Assembly (NCBI GenBank): GCA_963701295.1
Contig: OY969585.1
Coordinates: 544,001 to 608,000, forward strand
DNA: 64,000 bases
DNA from: Ignavibacteriota bacterium
GTDB taxonomy: Bacteria; Bacteroidota; Ignavibacteria; UBA10030
Direction of reading: 5' to 3'
Shown here in pieces: positions 30,823-39,702 of the stretch. The notes under the pieces were generated by a model. The model saw nothing but the letters and a program-made list of their open reading frames with translations, ran no database searches and had not been told where the DNA came from. The position numbers were made by a program, and so were the translations under genes. Position 1 is the stretch's first letter, and every line of letters starts with the position of its first letter.

Positions 30823-31473
30823 TTATATGAGTTCTTTTAATTCTTCCTTTGCTTTTGCCGCCATCCAAGATTCTGGAGTGAGTGAAACAGTCTTTTGAAG
30901 CAGCTCTTTTGCTTTCTTAGTTTGATTATCATGCTTATATGCGATGCCAGCCCAAAGAAAGATTTTCGATTGAAGGCTCATATCGAAGTACGAAAATTCA
31001 CGGCAGTTCAATAAATAGTCAAAGTCTTTCAATGCAATCGATAATCTCTTGAACATGGAAGGTAGTTGTACATTGTTGATACCTCTGACAATCCGAACTG
31101 TGACATTCGTCGGCATCAATTCGACTGCTTTATCCATTTCATCTATTCCTTTATCCACACGGCTCATCTTTGTAAATGGCCACCATGCATCCCTTGCCCG
31201 CATTGTCCAGAGACTACCGCGGTATACTAATGCTACACCGTTAGTTGGTTCAAGCTCCAAGGCTTTGTCAAGATAGGTCATTCCTTTTTCGACAGCCTCC
31301 TTATTTCCATCGGCACCCTGGTCATGATACACCCTCCCAAGTTGAACCAGCGTATGGACATCATTCGGATTTTTGGTCAGTGCATTCTCAAGGTCTTGAA
31401 TTGTTACTTGTGCCATGGATGTGTTTATTAATAACCATCCAAACATAATAGAAAATGTAATTGCGTGTTTCAC
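30823..31473 (-). CDS. Exported TPR protein
   Basis: Signal peptide, helical TPR-like repeats (LDKALELEP). Confidence 0.8.
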   Translation of the reverse strand: MKHAITFSIMFGWLLINTSMAQVTIQDLENALTKNPNDVHTLVQLGRVYHDQGADGNKEAVEKGMTYLDKALELEPTNGVALVYRGSLWTMRARDAWWPFTKMSRVDKGIDEMDKAVELMPTNVTVRIVRGINNVQLPSMFKRLSIALKDFDYLLNCREFSYFDMSLQSKIFLWAGIAYKHDNQTKKAKELLQKTVSLTPESWMAAKAKEELKELI

Positions 31474-31554
31474 GGTGATACTCCTTTTAATAAGACATGT
31501 TGGTGAACTACGATGACAAAATAATATTGAATGCGAGAGTAAAACAGAATAAAC

Positions 31555-31603
31555 CGACGGAAGGACGAAAGAGGGGGATGAAATTCACAATAAGGCAATG
31601 AAA
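31555..31603 (-). promoter_or_regulatory. LytTR-type direct repeats
   Basis: CGACGGAA, GGATGAAA, CAATGAAA at 20-21 bp spacing upstream of the TPR-ABC-LytS/R operon. Confidence 0.55.
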
Positions 31604-31662
31604 TGCATCTACTGATAAAAAATTATTGAAATTCGATCATCCCTACAATCAGTGGTTGCTCA

Positions 31663-31888
31663 ATGGACCAAATCATTCTTCGATTTAAAAATATATTCTT
31701 CGGACCGATCTGACGAAAACGAATACCATTTTCTCTCATCGGGGCTTTAGGTGGTTATGCATTATTATTTTATCAGGTGCCGTTCTGGGGCATATCCGAT
31801 TTCAAGCAATCCATGGATAAGCACAGCGTATGGTGCAGGTATGGGATTTATCTTGACAATCGGGAAACGTAAAAAGGAACGAACTTGA
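31663..31888 (+). pseudogene. DUF6132-like pseudogene, copy 2
   Basis: Colinear with 24569 copy at offset 7094; same frameshift plus an extra TGA. Confidence 0.7.
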
Positions 31889-31928
31889 AGTCTACAATCA
31901 ATTCGTTACAATATGTGGAAAGCTTTTT

Positions 31929-32111
31929 TTAATTCTGTTGCACTGCCTGCATTGGGCAAGAACTAACGCAATCCATACATTCTGCACATTTGCTGTCATC
32001 AATAAAGGGCAATCCTTTGCCGTCTTGAGATATCGCTTCCATAGGACAAACTCTAATAATAGGACAACGATGGTTCTGCGGACACAAATCAGGATTTATT
32101 GTAAGTGCCAT
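31929..32111 (-). CDS. 4Fe-4S ferredoxin-like protein
   Basis: CPQNHRCP..VCP and CAECMDCVSSCP. Confidence 0.9.
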   Translation of the reverse strand: MALTINPDLCPQNHRCPIIRVCPMEAISQDGKGLPFIDDSKCAECMDCVSSCPMQAVQQN

Positions 32112-32262
32112 AGTATAATTTTCAAATTATTTAAGAATCCATATTTCTAATTCAAGTGTTCAGTAATAGGATGCAGAATTGGATAGAAAGGGTTCAAATA
32201 AGAAAAGAAAAATAATTATCAGTAGCAGAAATTAAGCAGCGCATTACGGCTATAGCAGGGGA

Positions 32263-32520
32263 CTATTTCTTTGTCATCATCGATGACAAACCAGCTATCA
32301 ACTTTCTATGGGTTTGATTTGAAATGCCCGGAGCAGGACAATTCCGATAGAGGAATACGGTTTTTTTAAGTGAATCAAGTTGTTTGGAGCACTTCAGACA
32401 AGTTTGAAGATGTTTTTTGATTGCGCGGCATTTTCGGGAATTCAAATATTCATCCAGATTCTCGCAGACATACTTTGCCACTTCGGTACATCGCAATTTG
32501 TTTACAGATTTCGTTTTCAT
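32263..32520 (-). CDS. Zinc-finger anti-sigma factor (ZAS)
   Basis: HLQTCLKC (HxxxCxxC), overlapping the sigma gene. Confidence 0.85.
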   Translation of the reverse strand: MKTKSVNKLRCTEVAKYVCENLDEYLNSRKCRAIKKHLQTCLKCSKQLDSLKKTVFLYRNCPAPGISNQTHRKLIAGLSSMMTKK

Positions 32521-33137
32521 ATTTCCATGTACTCCTGAAGTTGTTTACGAAGAAACACGCGTGCTCGGCGGAGCCTGGATTTTACTGCCGGAATAGAAAC
32601 CTTCAGTATCTTTGCAGCTTCTTCTGACGATCGGCCTTCAACGTCGCGTAAAATGAAAACAATCCGCTGCTCTATCGGGAGTTTCAGAATAGCTTTATCG
32701 AGAAGCTCACGAAGTTCCTTGTTCACCAGTTCATCCTGCGGTGTCTCTGTTAATGATACAAACGTTTGAAGCGGTGCCCCATCGCTTTTATGTTCCGAAT
32801 CTTTCTGTATGCTATCAGGTGATTCAAGGGAAACGGAGAACTTATCCAACTTGCTTTTTCTTCTCTTCATCAGACAATTATTTGTAACGATCTGATAGAG
32901 CCAGGTGCTGAACTTTGCCTTTCCATTGAACTGGCCGAGTTTCCGATAGACATTTACAAATGTGTCTTGAAGAGTCTCCTCAGCCTGTTCTTCATTACGA
33001 CACACTTTGTAAGCAAAACTATATACCGTGGACTCATACTTTTTTACAAGAAGTGAAAATGCGCGCTGGTCTCCTTTTTGTGCTTTGTGAACTAATTCCG
33101 ATTCGTTATCAATATTTTGGATTTTTTCTATTTCCAT
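32517..33137 (-). CDS. ECF RNA polymerase sigma-70 factor
   Basis: AEETLQDTF, FSTWLYQIVTN, AVKSRLRRAR. Confidence 0.95.
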   Translation of the reverse strand: MEIEKIQNIDNESELVHKAQKGDQRAFSLLVKKYESTVYSFAYKVCRNEEQAEETLQDTFVNVYRKLGQFNGKAKFSTWLYQIVTNNCLMKRRKSKLDKFSVSLESPDSIQKDSEHKSDGAPLQTFVSLTETPQDELVNKELRELLDKAILKLPIEQRIVFILRDVEGRSSEEAAKILKVSIPAVKSRLRRARVFLRKQLQEYMEI

Positions 33138-33251
33138 ATATTTAAAAGATACGAAGAGATTGTATAAAGAAACAGCGTTGCGAATGACACAGTAAATAAA
33201 CCAACCCGTCAGTTGAATTTTGAGAGGTTGGTCTATATAATATTTTACATT

Positions 33252-33668
33252 TTAGTGTTGCCCGTGATGCAGATGAATGCGGCGCAAATCACTATCTAAT
33301 GAACCTGCTGCAACTGCAGCGATAACTTCTTCGATAGTATTAAGTCCGGTAAGAACAGGAAGAAGATTCGAATTGCGAAGATGATCAACAGCGCCTTGAC
33401 CCATCCCGCGGACAACCACTGCCTTACAATCCAAGACAGGCGACACCATGGTTTGATGACGATGATCAGACACTTCCCTGTTATGGTGTTCATGTCCACC
33501 TTCTGCCGGTCCGAAAGAATGATGACCGGCTTTTTCTCGCCGTTCACGCTTGATTACTTTTCCTTCAGAGAAGTTCAGTACTTCATAGAAACAAGCACGG
33601 CCAAAATGAGAACTGACTGTTTCACCATCATCTGTGGCGATTGCAATTACTGAATTTTTAAAATCCAT
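33252..33668 (-). CDS. NifB/NifX family (dinitrogenase FeMo-cofactor domain) protein
   Basis: IAIATDDG..VSSHFGRA, RGMGQGA, His-rich. Confidence 0.88.
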   Translation of the reverse strand: MDFKNSVIAIATDDGETVSSHFGRACFYEVLNFSEGKVIKRERREKAGHHSFGPAEGGHEHHNREVSDHRHQTMVSPVLDCKAVVVRGMGQGAVDHLRNSNLLPVLTGLNTIEEVIAAVAAGSLDSDLRRIHLHHGQH

Positions 33669-33701
33669 TTTTCTGCTCCTTATTATTGATATTGTGAATT
33701 T

Positions 33702-34142
33702 TCATGATTGATGCGATTGACCAAGATGTGGTTCATCGTAATTCTGCAATGGTTGGCAGCAACGTCTGCATTCCACATGCTCTCGTTCACCCATATTTCT
33801 CGACTGCCATCGCCTACAACGAGGGCATTGCAGGTGTTTTCCCCTGCCAAATTTAAATGATCCACCGGTAATTTCTAGTCTGCAGCCCTCAACAAGAGCA
33901 CGAGCAACTTTTGACCTTGCAGATTCTATAATTCTTCCGAATGTTGGGCGTGAAATGCCCATCTTTTTTGCAGATTCTACTTGAGAATGACATTCCAGGT
34001 CTGCAAGCCGCAAGGACTCGAATTCATCCATTGTTAAAACAATAAGTTTCTGCTGGACAAGGCATCGTTCTTCATTAGCAGGGTGAAAAGAGTGTGCTGG
34101 AGGTGAAAAGGCGAGTCTTCGTAATCGTTTGGGCCGAGCCAA
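33702..34142 (-). CDS. DUF134 DNA-binding protein with Zn ribbon
   Basis: RPKRLRR, DEFESLRLADLE, MGISRPTF, ALVEG. Confidence 0.9.
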   Translation of the reverse strand: MARPKRLRRLAFSPPAHSFHPANEERCLVQQKLIVLTMDEFESLRLADLECHSQVESAKKMGISRPTFGRIIESARSKVARALVEGCRLEITGGSFKFGRGKHLQCPRCRRWQSRNMGEREHVECRRCCQPLQNYDEPHLGQSHQS

Positions 34143-34170
34143 AGGAAATCCTTTGTTGTCTATTAGTTCA

Positions 34171-34190
34171 TTATGAGCATATGCTCATAA
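34171..34190. promoter_or_regulatory. Perfect 20-bp palindrome, probable operator
   Basis: TTATGAGCATATGCTCATAA 28 bp upstream of the DUF134 start. Confidence 0.75.
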
Positions 34191-34271
34191 CAATATAGGG
34201 CACATGTATATAAAAATCAAGCTTTGATTAGTTAGGAGGGAATAAATTTCGAGATTTTTTCTATCCGGCTA

Positions 34272-35219
34272 TTACTTATGTTGTGCGGAATGAATATCCA
34301 CTACAACTCCTTGATCTTCACAGACGGAAGATTCAAGCTGAAGCGTAGGATGATTGATACCGAATCGATTTCCCAGTTCTTTTTCCAACTGCGAACGAAT
34401 ATTGGTACCGGCGCTAATTAGTTGATCTCGCACAACAACGTGTGCGCTTAAAGCCCGCATTCTGGAAGATAATCCCCAAATGTGTAGATGATGAACGTTC
34501 TTTACTCCGGGAAACGACTGGATATATGCAGCAACTTCGTGTAAATCAATCCCACGCGGTGTTCCTTCAGTCAGGATGTGAACTGTCTCAGCAACGATAC
34601 TCCAAGCACTCTTAATGATGAATAATCCAATAGCAATTGAGATAAGCGGATCGAGCACACGCCAATCTTTCCAAGCAATGAGCCCTGCAATCACAACCAC
34701 AGCGAGTGATTCGAGAGCATCGGTAAGAAGATGCAAGTATGCACTCTTCATATTGAGATCGTGGTGCGCGTGTGTCTTTAATAAGAGAGTAGCTGCCATA
34801 TTCGCAACGAAACCAAAAGCCGCAATGACGAGCATCCATCCACCGGCAACAGGTTCAGGATGAGTAAACCGCTGGATAGCTTCATAGATTATATACAGAC
34901 CAATTAATACCAGCGCCATTGAGTTGATAAACGCTACGAAGATTTCAACTCGTACATAGCCGTACGATTTTTCCGAATTCGATTTCCATTGAACAACTCT
35001 TGAAGCAATGTAGCTCAATATCAATGCGAAGAAATCGCTGAGATTATGGAGTGAGTCGGAAATAAGAGCAAGGCTGTTCGTTAGAATACCTCCGAGAAGC
35101 TCGACAATGAAAATAATAGCATTAAGGGCAATGGAAATACCAAGACTCTTTTCAATGTTACGATGTTTTTCGGTTGCGGTGGAATCGTGAATGTCTATCA
35201 CCTGATCAACATCTGACAT
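34272..35219 (-). CDS. czcD: Cation diffusion facilitator (CzcD/ZitB-like)
   Basis: SLALISDSLHNLSD, SAYLHLLTD, HHLHIW, HPTLQLE. Confidence 0.9.
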   Translation of the reverse strand: MSDVDQVIDIHDSTATEKHRNIEKSLGISIALNAIIFIVELLGGILTNSLALISDSLHNLSDFFALILSYIASRVVQWKSNSEKSYGYVRVEIFVAFINSMALVLIGLYIIYEAIQRFTHPEPVAGGWMLVIAAFGFVANMAATLLLKTHAHHDLNMKSAYLHLLTDALESLAVVVIAGLIAWKDWRVLDPLISIAIGLFIIKSAWSIVAETVHILTEGTPRGIDLHEVAAYIQSFPGVKNVHHLHIWGLSSRMRALSAHVVVRDQLISAGTNIRSQLEKELGNRFGINHPTLQLESSVCEDQGVVVDIHSAQHK

Positions 35220-35432
35220 TAATGTATCCTAATAGTTCGTTTCTCGCTTATTATAATGATTAATATGCTTAGATTCTTCCGATAATACCAAAGATTCAAT
35301 TAATACATATTGTTCTGGATACATTTATTGCCTGGGTGCCTACAAGGAAGGAAAAAGGAAATAAACCAATTAATTCCGTAAATTGAATCGTTTCCTCAAC
35401 AAAATTATGTTCTACGTTATGAAAGATTTGCC

Positions 35433-36848
35433 GTGAGAAAACATCTTACAGAATCTACGGTACTGTTTATCAGCATTATCAAATGGGTTTTTCTGGCAAC
35501 CATAGCCGGTGCAATAGTCGGAGGAGCTACAGCAATATTCCTCAAACTTCTTGCTTGGGCAACAGGCGTTGGTCAACAATCACCATATACCTTCTTACTC
35601 CTTCCCGCAGCATTATTTCTCAGTGCATTGTCAATAAAATATCTGGCTCCCGATGCAGAGGGTCACGGTACGGAAAAAGTGATTGAAGCAATCCATAAGC
35701 GATCAGGAAAAATTGGACTTATGGTCGTTCCCGTGAAATTGCTCGCTACGATTATCACTCTCGCCATAGGGGGTTCTGTCGGTAAGGAAGGGCCTTGCGC
35801 ACAAATTGGAGCAGGTCTTACATCTTTTTTTAGCGACATCCTTAGATTCGATGATCATGATAGAAAAAAGTTGGTCATTTGCGGCATTAGTGCAGGATTT
35901 GCTTCGGTGTTTGGAACACCAATCGCCGGTTCATTTTTTGGAGTCGAGGTATTGTTTGTCGGAGCCATTCTGTATGAAGTACTCCTTCCCTCTTTTATCG
36001 CTGGGATAACTGCTTATCAGGTTTCTTCAGCATTCGGCGTTACATATTTCCACGGACCGGTGAATATTATTCCTGTTTTTTCCGAGTTGTTTCTATTTAA
36101 AGTCATGGTAGCCGGATTGTTCTTTGGATTATGTTCAATTTTCCTTATCGAGATGCTGAAAGTCGGCGAGAGATTATCCGAACGGTTGATAATATGGAAA
36201 CCATTAAATGGGCTAATTGGCGGCATTGTGCTTGTCGGATTGACATATATTTTTTCTGCCAGGTATCTCGGATTAGGCCTTAAAACAATCGAAGCCGGAT
36301 TCCGTGGTGAACATACTGATTGGTATGCATTCCTTGTAAAACCCATTTTCACATCTGTCACTCTCGGTTTTGGTGGAAGCGGCGGTATTGTCACACCGAT
36401 TTTTTTCATCGGCGCAACCGCAGGATTGTTCTTTGCTTATGTATTCAGCCTGAACGCTGGAACGTTTGCGGCGATTGGGCTTACGAGCGTCCTTGCGGGA
36501 GCGGCAAACACTCCGATTGCAGCAAGTATTATGGCTGTGGAAATGTTCGGGCCTGCCATCGCACCGTACGCAACTGTTGCGTGTGTTATTAGCTTTCTAA
36601 TAACTGGACATCGAAGTGTGTATCCATCACAGATACTCTCTATTTCAAAATCACCTTCGCTTCAAGTAGAGTTAGGTAAAGAGCTTGCAAATATACAATC
36701 ATTATATCTTCCACGCAAAAAAAGCTTAACGAGTCTTATCCTTCATTTTGTTGATACAGTGGAAAGACTTGTCAGAAAGAGTCAAACAGGCACCTCATCA
36801 TCGGATCACTCAAAAGACGATGATGCACACAATAACAAGAAAGGTTAA
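35433..36848 (+). CDS. CLC family anion channel/antiporter
   Basis: GSVGKEGP, FGTPIAG, GGIVTPIF. Confidence 0.92.
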   Translation: MRKHLTESTVLFISIIKWVFLATIAGAIVGGATAIFLKLLAWATGVGQQSPYTFLLLPAALFLSALSIKYLAPDAEGHGTEKVIEAIHKRSGKIGLMVVPVKLLATIITLAIGGSVGKEGPCAQIGAGLTSFFSDILRFDDHDRKKLVICGISAGFASVFGTPIAGSFFGVEVLFVGAILYEVLLPSFIAGITAYQVSSAFGVTYFHGPVNIIPVFSELFLFKVMVAGLFFGLCSIFLIEMLKVGERLSERLIIWKPLNGLIGGIVLVGLTYIFSARYLGLGLKTIEAGFRGEHTDWYAFLVKPIFTSVTLGFGGSGGIVTPIFFIGATAGLFFAYVFSLNAGTFAAIGLTSVLAGAANTPIAASIMAVEMFGPAIAPYATVACVISFLITGHRSVYPSQILSISKSPSLQVELGKELANIQSLYLPRKKSLTSLILHFVDTVERLVRKSQTGTSSSDHSKDDDAHNNKKG

Positions 36849-37141
36849 ATAGTAAGAGAATTATCTAACAAAATACATTCGAACTTTTGAATAAGCTGAT
36901 TATTATGTTCTTCTACTCATTCTTCAATTTTACAAACGAATCTGAAATTGTTTGAAACAAAGAGAATGGTTTCTTCGTTTTTTGCTCCAGCAACGGAATT
37001 GATATATCGACCCGCTATAGAGCTTTATATTTAGCAGCCGCTTGGTGAATTGACTTGTCCTACATGTCGCACACGAAAGTCCTATGAATTGATTTACATA
37101 TTTATTATTTTGGCAATGCCCGTCGTGTTGCACAGGTTTTC

Positions 37142-37750
37142 TTATTCATTGAGTTCATCTTTCCGAATCTCCCGTTCCGCTTCAAGCCAGTCTTGACCTG
37201 CTTGGCCTTCGCGGCGACCTCGTTGCTCGTACAATTCATAAGCACGTTTCGCGATCTTTGGCGTCAAATCAGACGATCTCTTGATTTTGACCGGATCGAA
37301 GATCCGATAAGCGAGCAGTTTCATGCGGTCATTCAAGAGGAACCATAGAAGTGCATAGACCCAAACAAACAGTGCCCAACCCCAGCCAAGTGGCGTCATA
37401 AACAATCCATAAACCGCTATCAATGTTGCAATCATTTGCGTGCCGACAACGGCTATCCATAAAATTCGCGCGGGTCGAATAGACCAGAACGGGCCACGTG
37501 TTCGCGTGAGGAAGATTGTCAAATGTCCCGCTACAGACAGCTTCAAATACATTAACGTCTGGATGTACGTACGGTCGAGATGAAAGACGCGTTCACCCAA
37601 ATAAAACAAGCCAAATGCAGAGACGACCCCGATGACACCCAGCACCGTAGATACCCCCAACACCACGCGCATGTTCCATGCCTCGAGCTGATCTTTGTAA
37701 TAAACATTGTCATAAGCAATAGAGAGAATGGCACCGTCATTGAGCAACGC
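37142..37750 (-). pseudogene. Proton-efflux P-type ATPase C-terminal fragment with DUF2934-like tail
   Basis: [38 protein letters not shown]; IAKRAYELYEQRG...DWLEAERE; N-terminal catalytic region absent. Confidence 0.85.
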
Positions 37751-37884
37751 ACTTACTCGAAGATGGGCATGATATTCGCACCGTCCAAGAACTTCTCGGC
37801 CATAGTGATGTGCGCACAACAATGATCTACACCCACGTCCTGAATAAAAAAGGATTAACAGTCAGAAGTCCGCTAGACAAATAA
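37744..37884 (+). pseudogene. intI: Integron integrase (IntI) C-terminal relic
   Basis: Hand translation [46 protein letters not shown]. Confidence 0.85.
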
Positions 37885-37962
37885 GTCTTCATATACTCCC
37901 TAAAAATGATTGCCAAACTTGCGTTGGTTAATAAAACTTTTTAAATTTGATGTATAATTAAC

Positions 37963-38006
37963 GTGTTAGTTTGATCAGAGGTAGCTGCTAACACATGTGC
38001 TAACAC
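37963..38006. repeat. Integrase arm-type-like repeats
   Basis: TGCTAACAC at 37986 and 37998; inverted GTGTTAG at 37963. Confidence 0.55.
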
Positions 38007-38071
38007 TTGACTTGCTTTTGGGGGTAAAAATACCTCCAAATGTTTTGAATTCGATGTATTTTGGGCACCGG

Positions 38072-38117
38072 TAGGCTTTTCAAGCCTGGAACACGAGTTC
38101 GAATCTCGTTGGGGGCA
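38072..38117 (+). tRNA. tRNA-Glu(TTC) 3' fragment, probable att site
   Basis: Anticodon arm TAGGC-TTTTCAA-GCCTG, T arm ACGAG-TTCGAAT-CTCGT, acceptor 3' strand TGGGGGCA; no D arm or 5' acceptor strand. Confidence 0.85.
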
Positions 38118-38163
38118 CGATAAGATTTAAGAATTAAGATTGCAGATGTAAGATTGACGATTG

Positions 38164-38202
38164 AAAAGAGCCGGCTCAGAGATGGGCTGGCGATTTTCTT
38201 TT
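38164..38202. terminator. Probable bidirectional terminator
   Basis: GCCGGCTCA...TGGGCTGGC with A- and T-rich flanks. Confidence 0.6.
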
Positions 38203-38242
38203 GTAGACCAAAAATTGTTCAGATGTACGACCAAACACGATT

Positions 38243-39694
38243 TTATTTTAATCCTAACTCTTTGCACATCCGGTAGAAGTTCGAAGGCGCAATGCCAAGT
38301 TTTTCAGCTGCATTGGTATCCGAACTGGAAATGCTTCGCACATATTTAAAATATCTGAGCCGAAATGCTTTTTCCATTTCACGCAGTGTCAGGACTTGTC
38401 CTATATTTAACTCATCGAAAGAGGTATCTTTTGAAAGAACAGAGTTCTTCAGAATCATAGGATTACTGATCTCTTTGACACCAATATGGCCTGCATTATT
38501 CAGAACGAGACGTTGTACCACATTGCGGAGTTCACGTACATTTCCAGGCCACTTATAGTTCATTAAGATTTCCTGCGCCTGAGGATCAACTATTGGCATA
38601 GTAATTCCCATATCATTGCTGAAATATTCGAGGAAGTGATTGAACAATAAAATAATATCTTCACCCCGCTGTCGAAGCGGAACAACGTCGATGGGAATAA
38701 CATTCAATCTGTAATACAAATCTTCACGAAAACGTCCTTCATTCACCTCAACAGCAAGATTCTTATTCGTTGCTGCGATAATACGGACACTGACAGACAT
38801 TCTTCCGGTTCTACCAATCTTTTCGATTTCGCCTTCCTGGATCACACGCAGTAATTTTACTTGCGCAGAAAGCGGAAGTTCCAGAACTTCATCCAAAAAG
38901 ATCGTGCCATTATTCGCAATCTCAAACAATCCTGATTTTGTGCTCCCCGCACCGGTAAATGATCCTTTTTCGTATCCAAATAATTCGCTTTCAACCAATT
39001 CGTGTGGAATACTCCCGCAATTAATCGGAATAAATTTTTCGTATTTACTGCGGCTTTTCAAATGAATATTCCATGCAACTAATTCTTTCCCCGTTCCAGA
39101 TCCCCCCGTAATGAGAATACTGGCATCACTTTTTGCATACTTCTCAATCGTTTCGCGTAATTGAATTATTGGTTTCGATTCGCCGATTATTTTTTTTGCT
39201 TCCAATAAGCCTTCTATACTTTGGAGGAGGCGCTTATCAGATTTCAGTTTCTGTTTTTCAAGCCGCTTTTTTTCATAGGCATTGACTATGCTGAGGATAA
39301 AATCAGTCGGCTGATAAATATAATCTTCAATATTCCCTGGGTACTTCGTGCAGTACCAGAACGCTCCTGCTTTGAGAAGATTATTCGCAAAATCAAAATC
39401 GGTTGTATTCGTTGTCATTTTTGTAATGACGACGATCTGGAGGAATGGATCGGACTCCTTCATCTTTTGAATGAGCTCTTCACCCCGCAATCCCCCCGAG
39501 ATTTGATAATCGAGGATGACAACGTCGTACAAATCCGGATGTTGCTGGATGTGTTCCATTGCTGCCCGCCCATTGGAAACCACACTTTCGATTTGAATCT
39601 TTGTCGATGAGAGGCTAATCGTGTTCTTCACACGGGCCACATCAAAATCCTCATCATCAACCAACAGTACTCGAATGACATTTGTGTTCGTCAT
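38243..39694 (-). CDS. Sigma-54-dependent response regulator (NtrC family)
   Basis: REC domain, GGSGTGKE, ESELFGYEKGSFTGA, FREDLYYRLNV, WPGNVRELRN. Confidence 0.93.
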   Translation of the reverse strand: MTNTNVIRVLLVDDEDFDVARVKNTISLSSTKIQIESVVSNGRAAMEHIQQHPDLYDVVILDYQISGGLRGEELIQKMKESDPFLQIVVITKMTTNTTDFDFANNLLKAGAFWYCTKYPGNIEDYIYQPTDFILSIVNAYEKKRLEKQKLKSDKRLLQSIEGLLEAKKIIGESKPIIQLRETIEKYAKSDASILITGGSGTGKELVAWNIHLKSRSKYEKFIPINCGSIPHELVESELFGYEKGSFTGAGSTKSGLFEIANNGTIFLDEVLELPLSAQVKLLRVIQEGEIEKIGRTGRMSVSVRIIAATNKNLAVEVNEGRFREDLYYRLNVIPIDVVPLRQRGEDIILLFNHFLEYFSNDMGITMPIVDPQAQEILMNYKWPGNVRELRNVVQRLVLNNAGHIGVKEISNPMILKNSVLSKDTSFDELNIGQVLTLREMEKAFRLRYFKYVRSISSSDTNAAEKLGIAPSNFYRMCKELGLK

Positions 39695-39702
39695 GCAAAC
39701 TC

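Noticed and set aside
35433-36848. Fluoride-specific CLC-F or fluoride riboswitch
   Set aside because: Motifs are GKEGP/GIVTP rather than GREGT/GEVTP, and no riboswitch consensus was seen upstream
37750-37822. N-terminus of ORF 37142..37822 (MLCAHHYG...)
   Set aside because: It is the antisense reading of the IntI relic, not ATPase sequence
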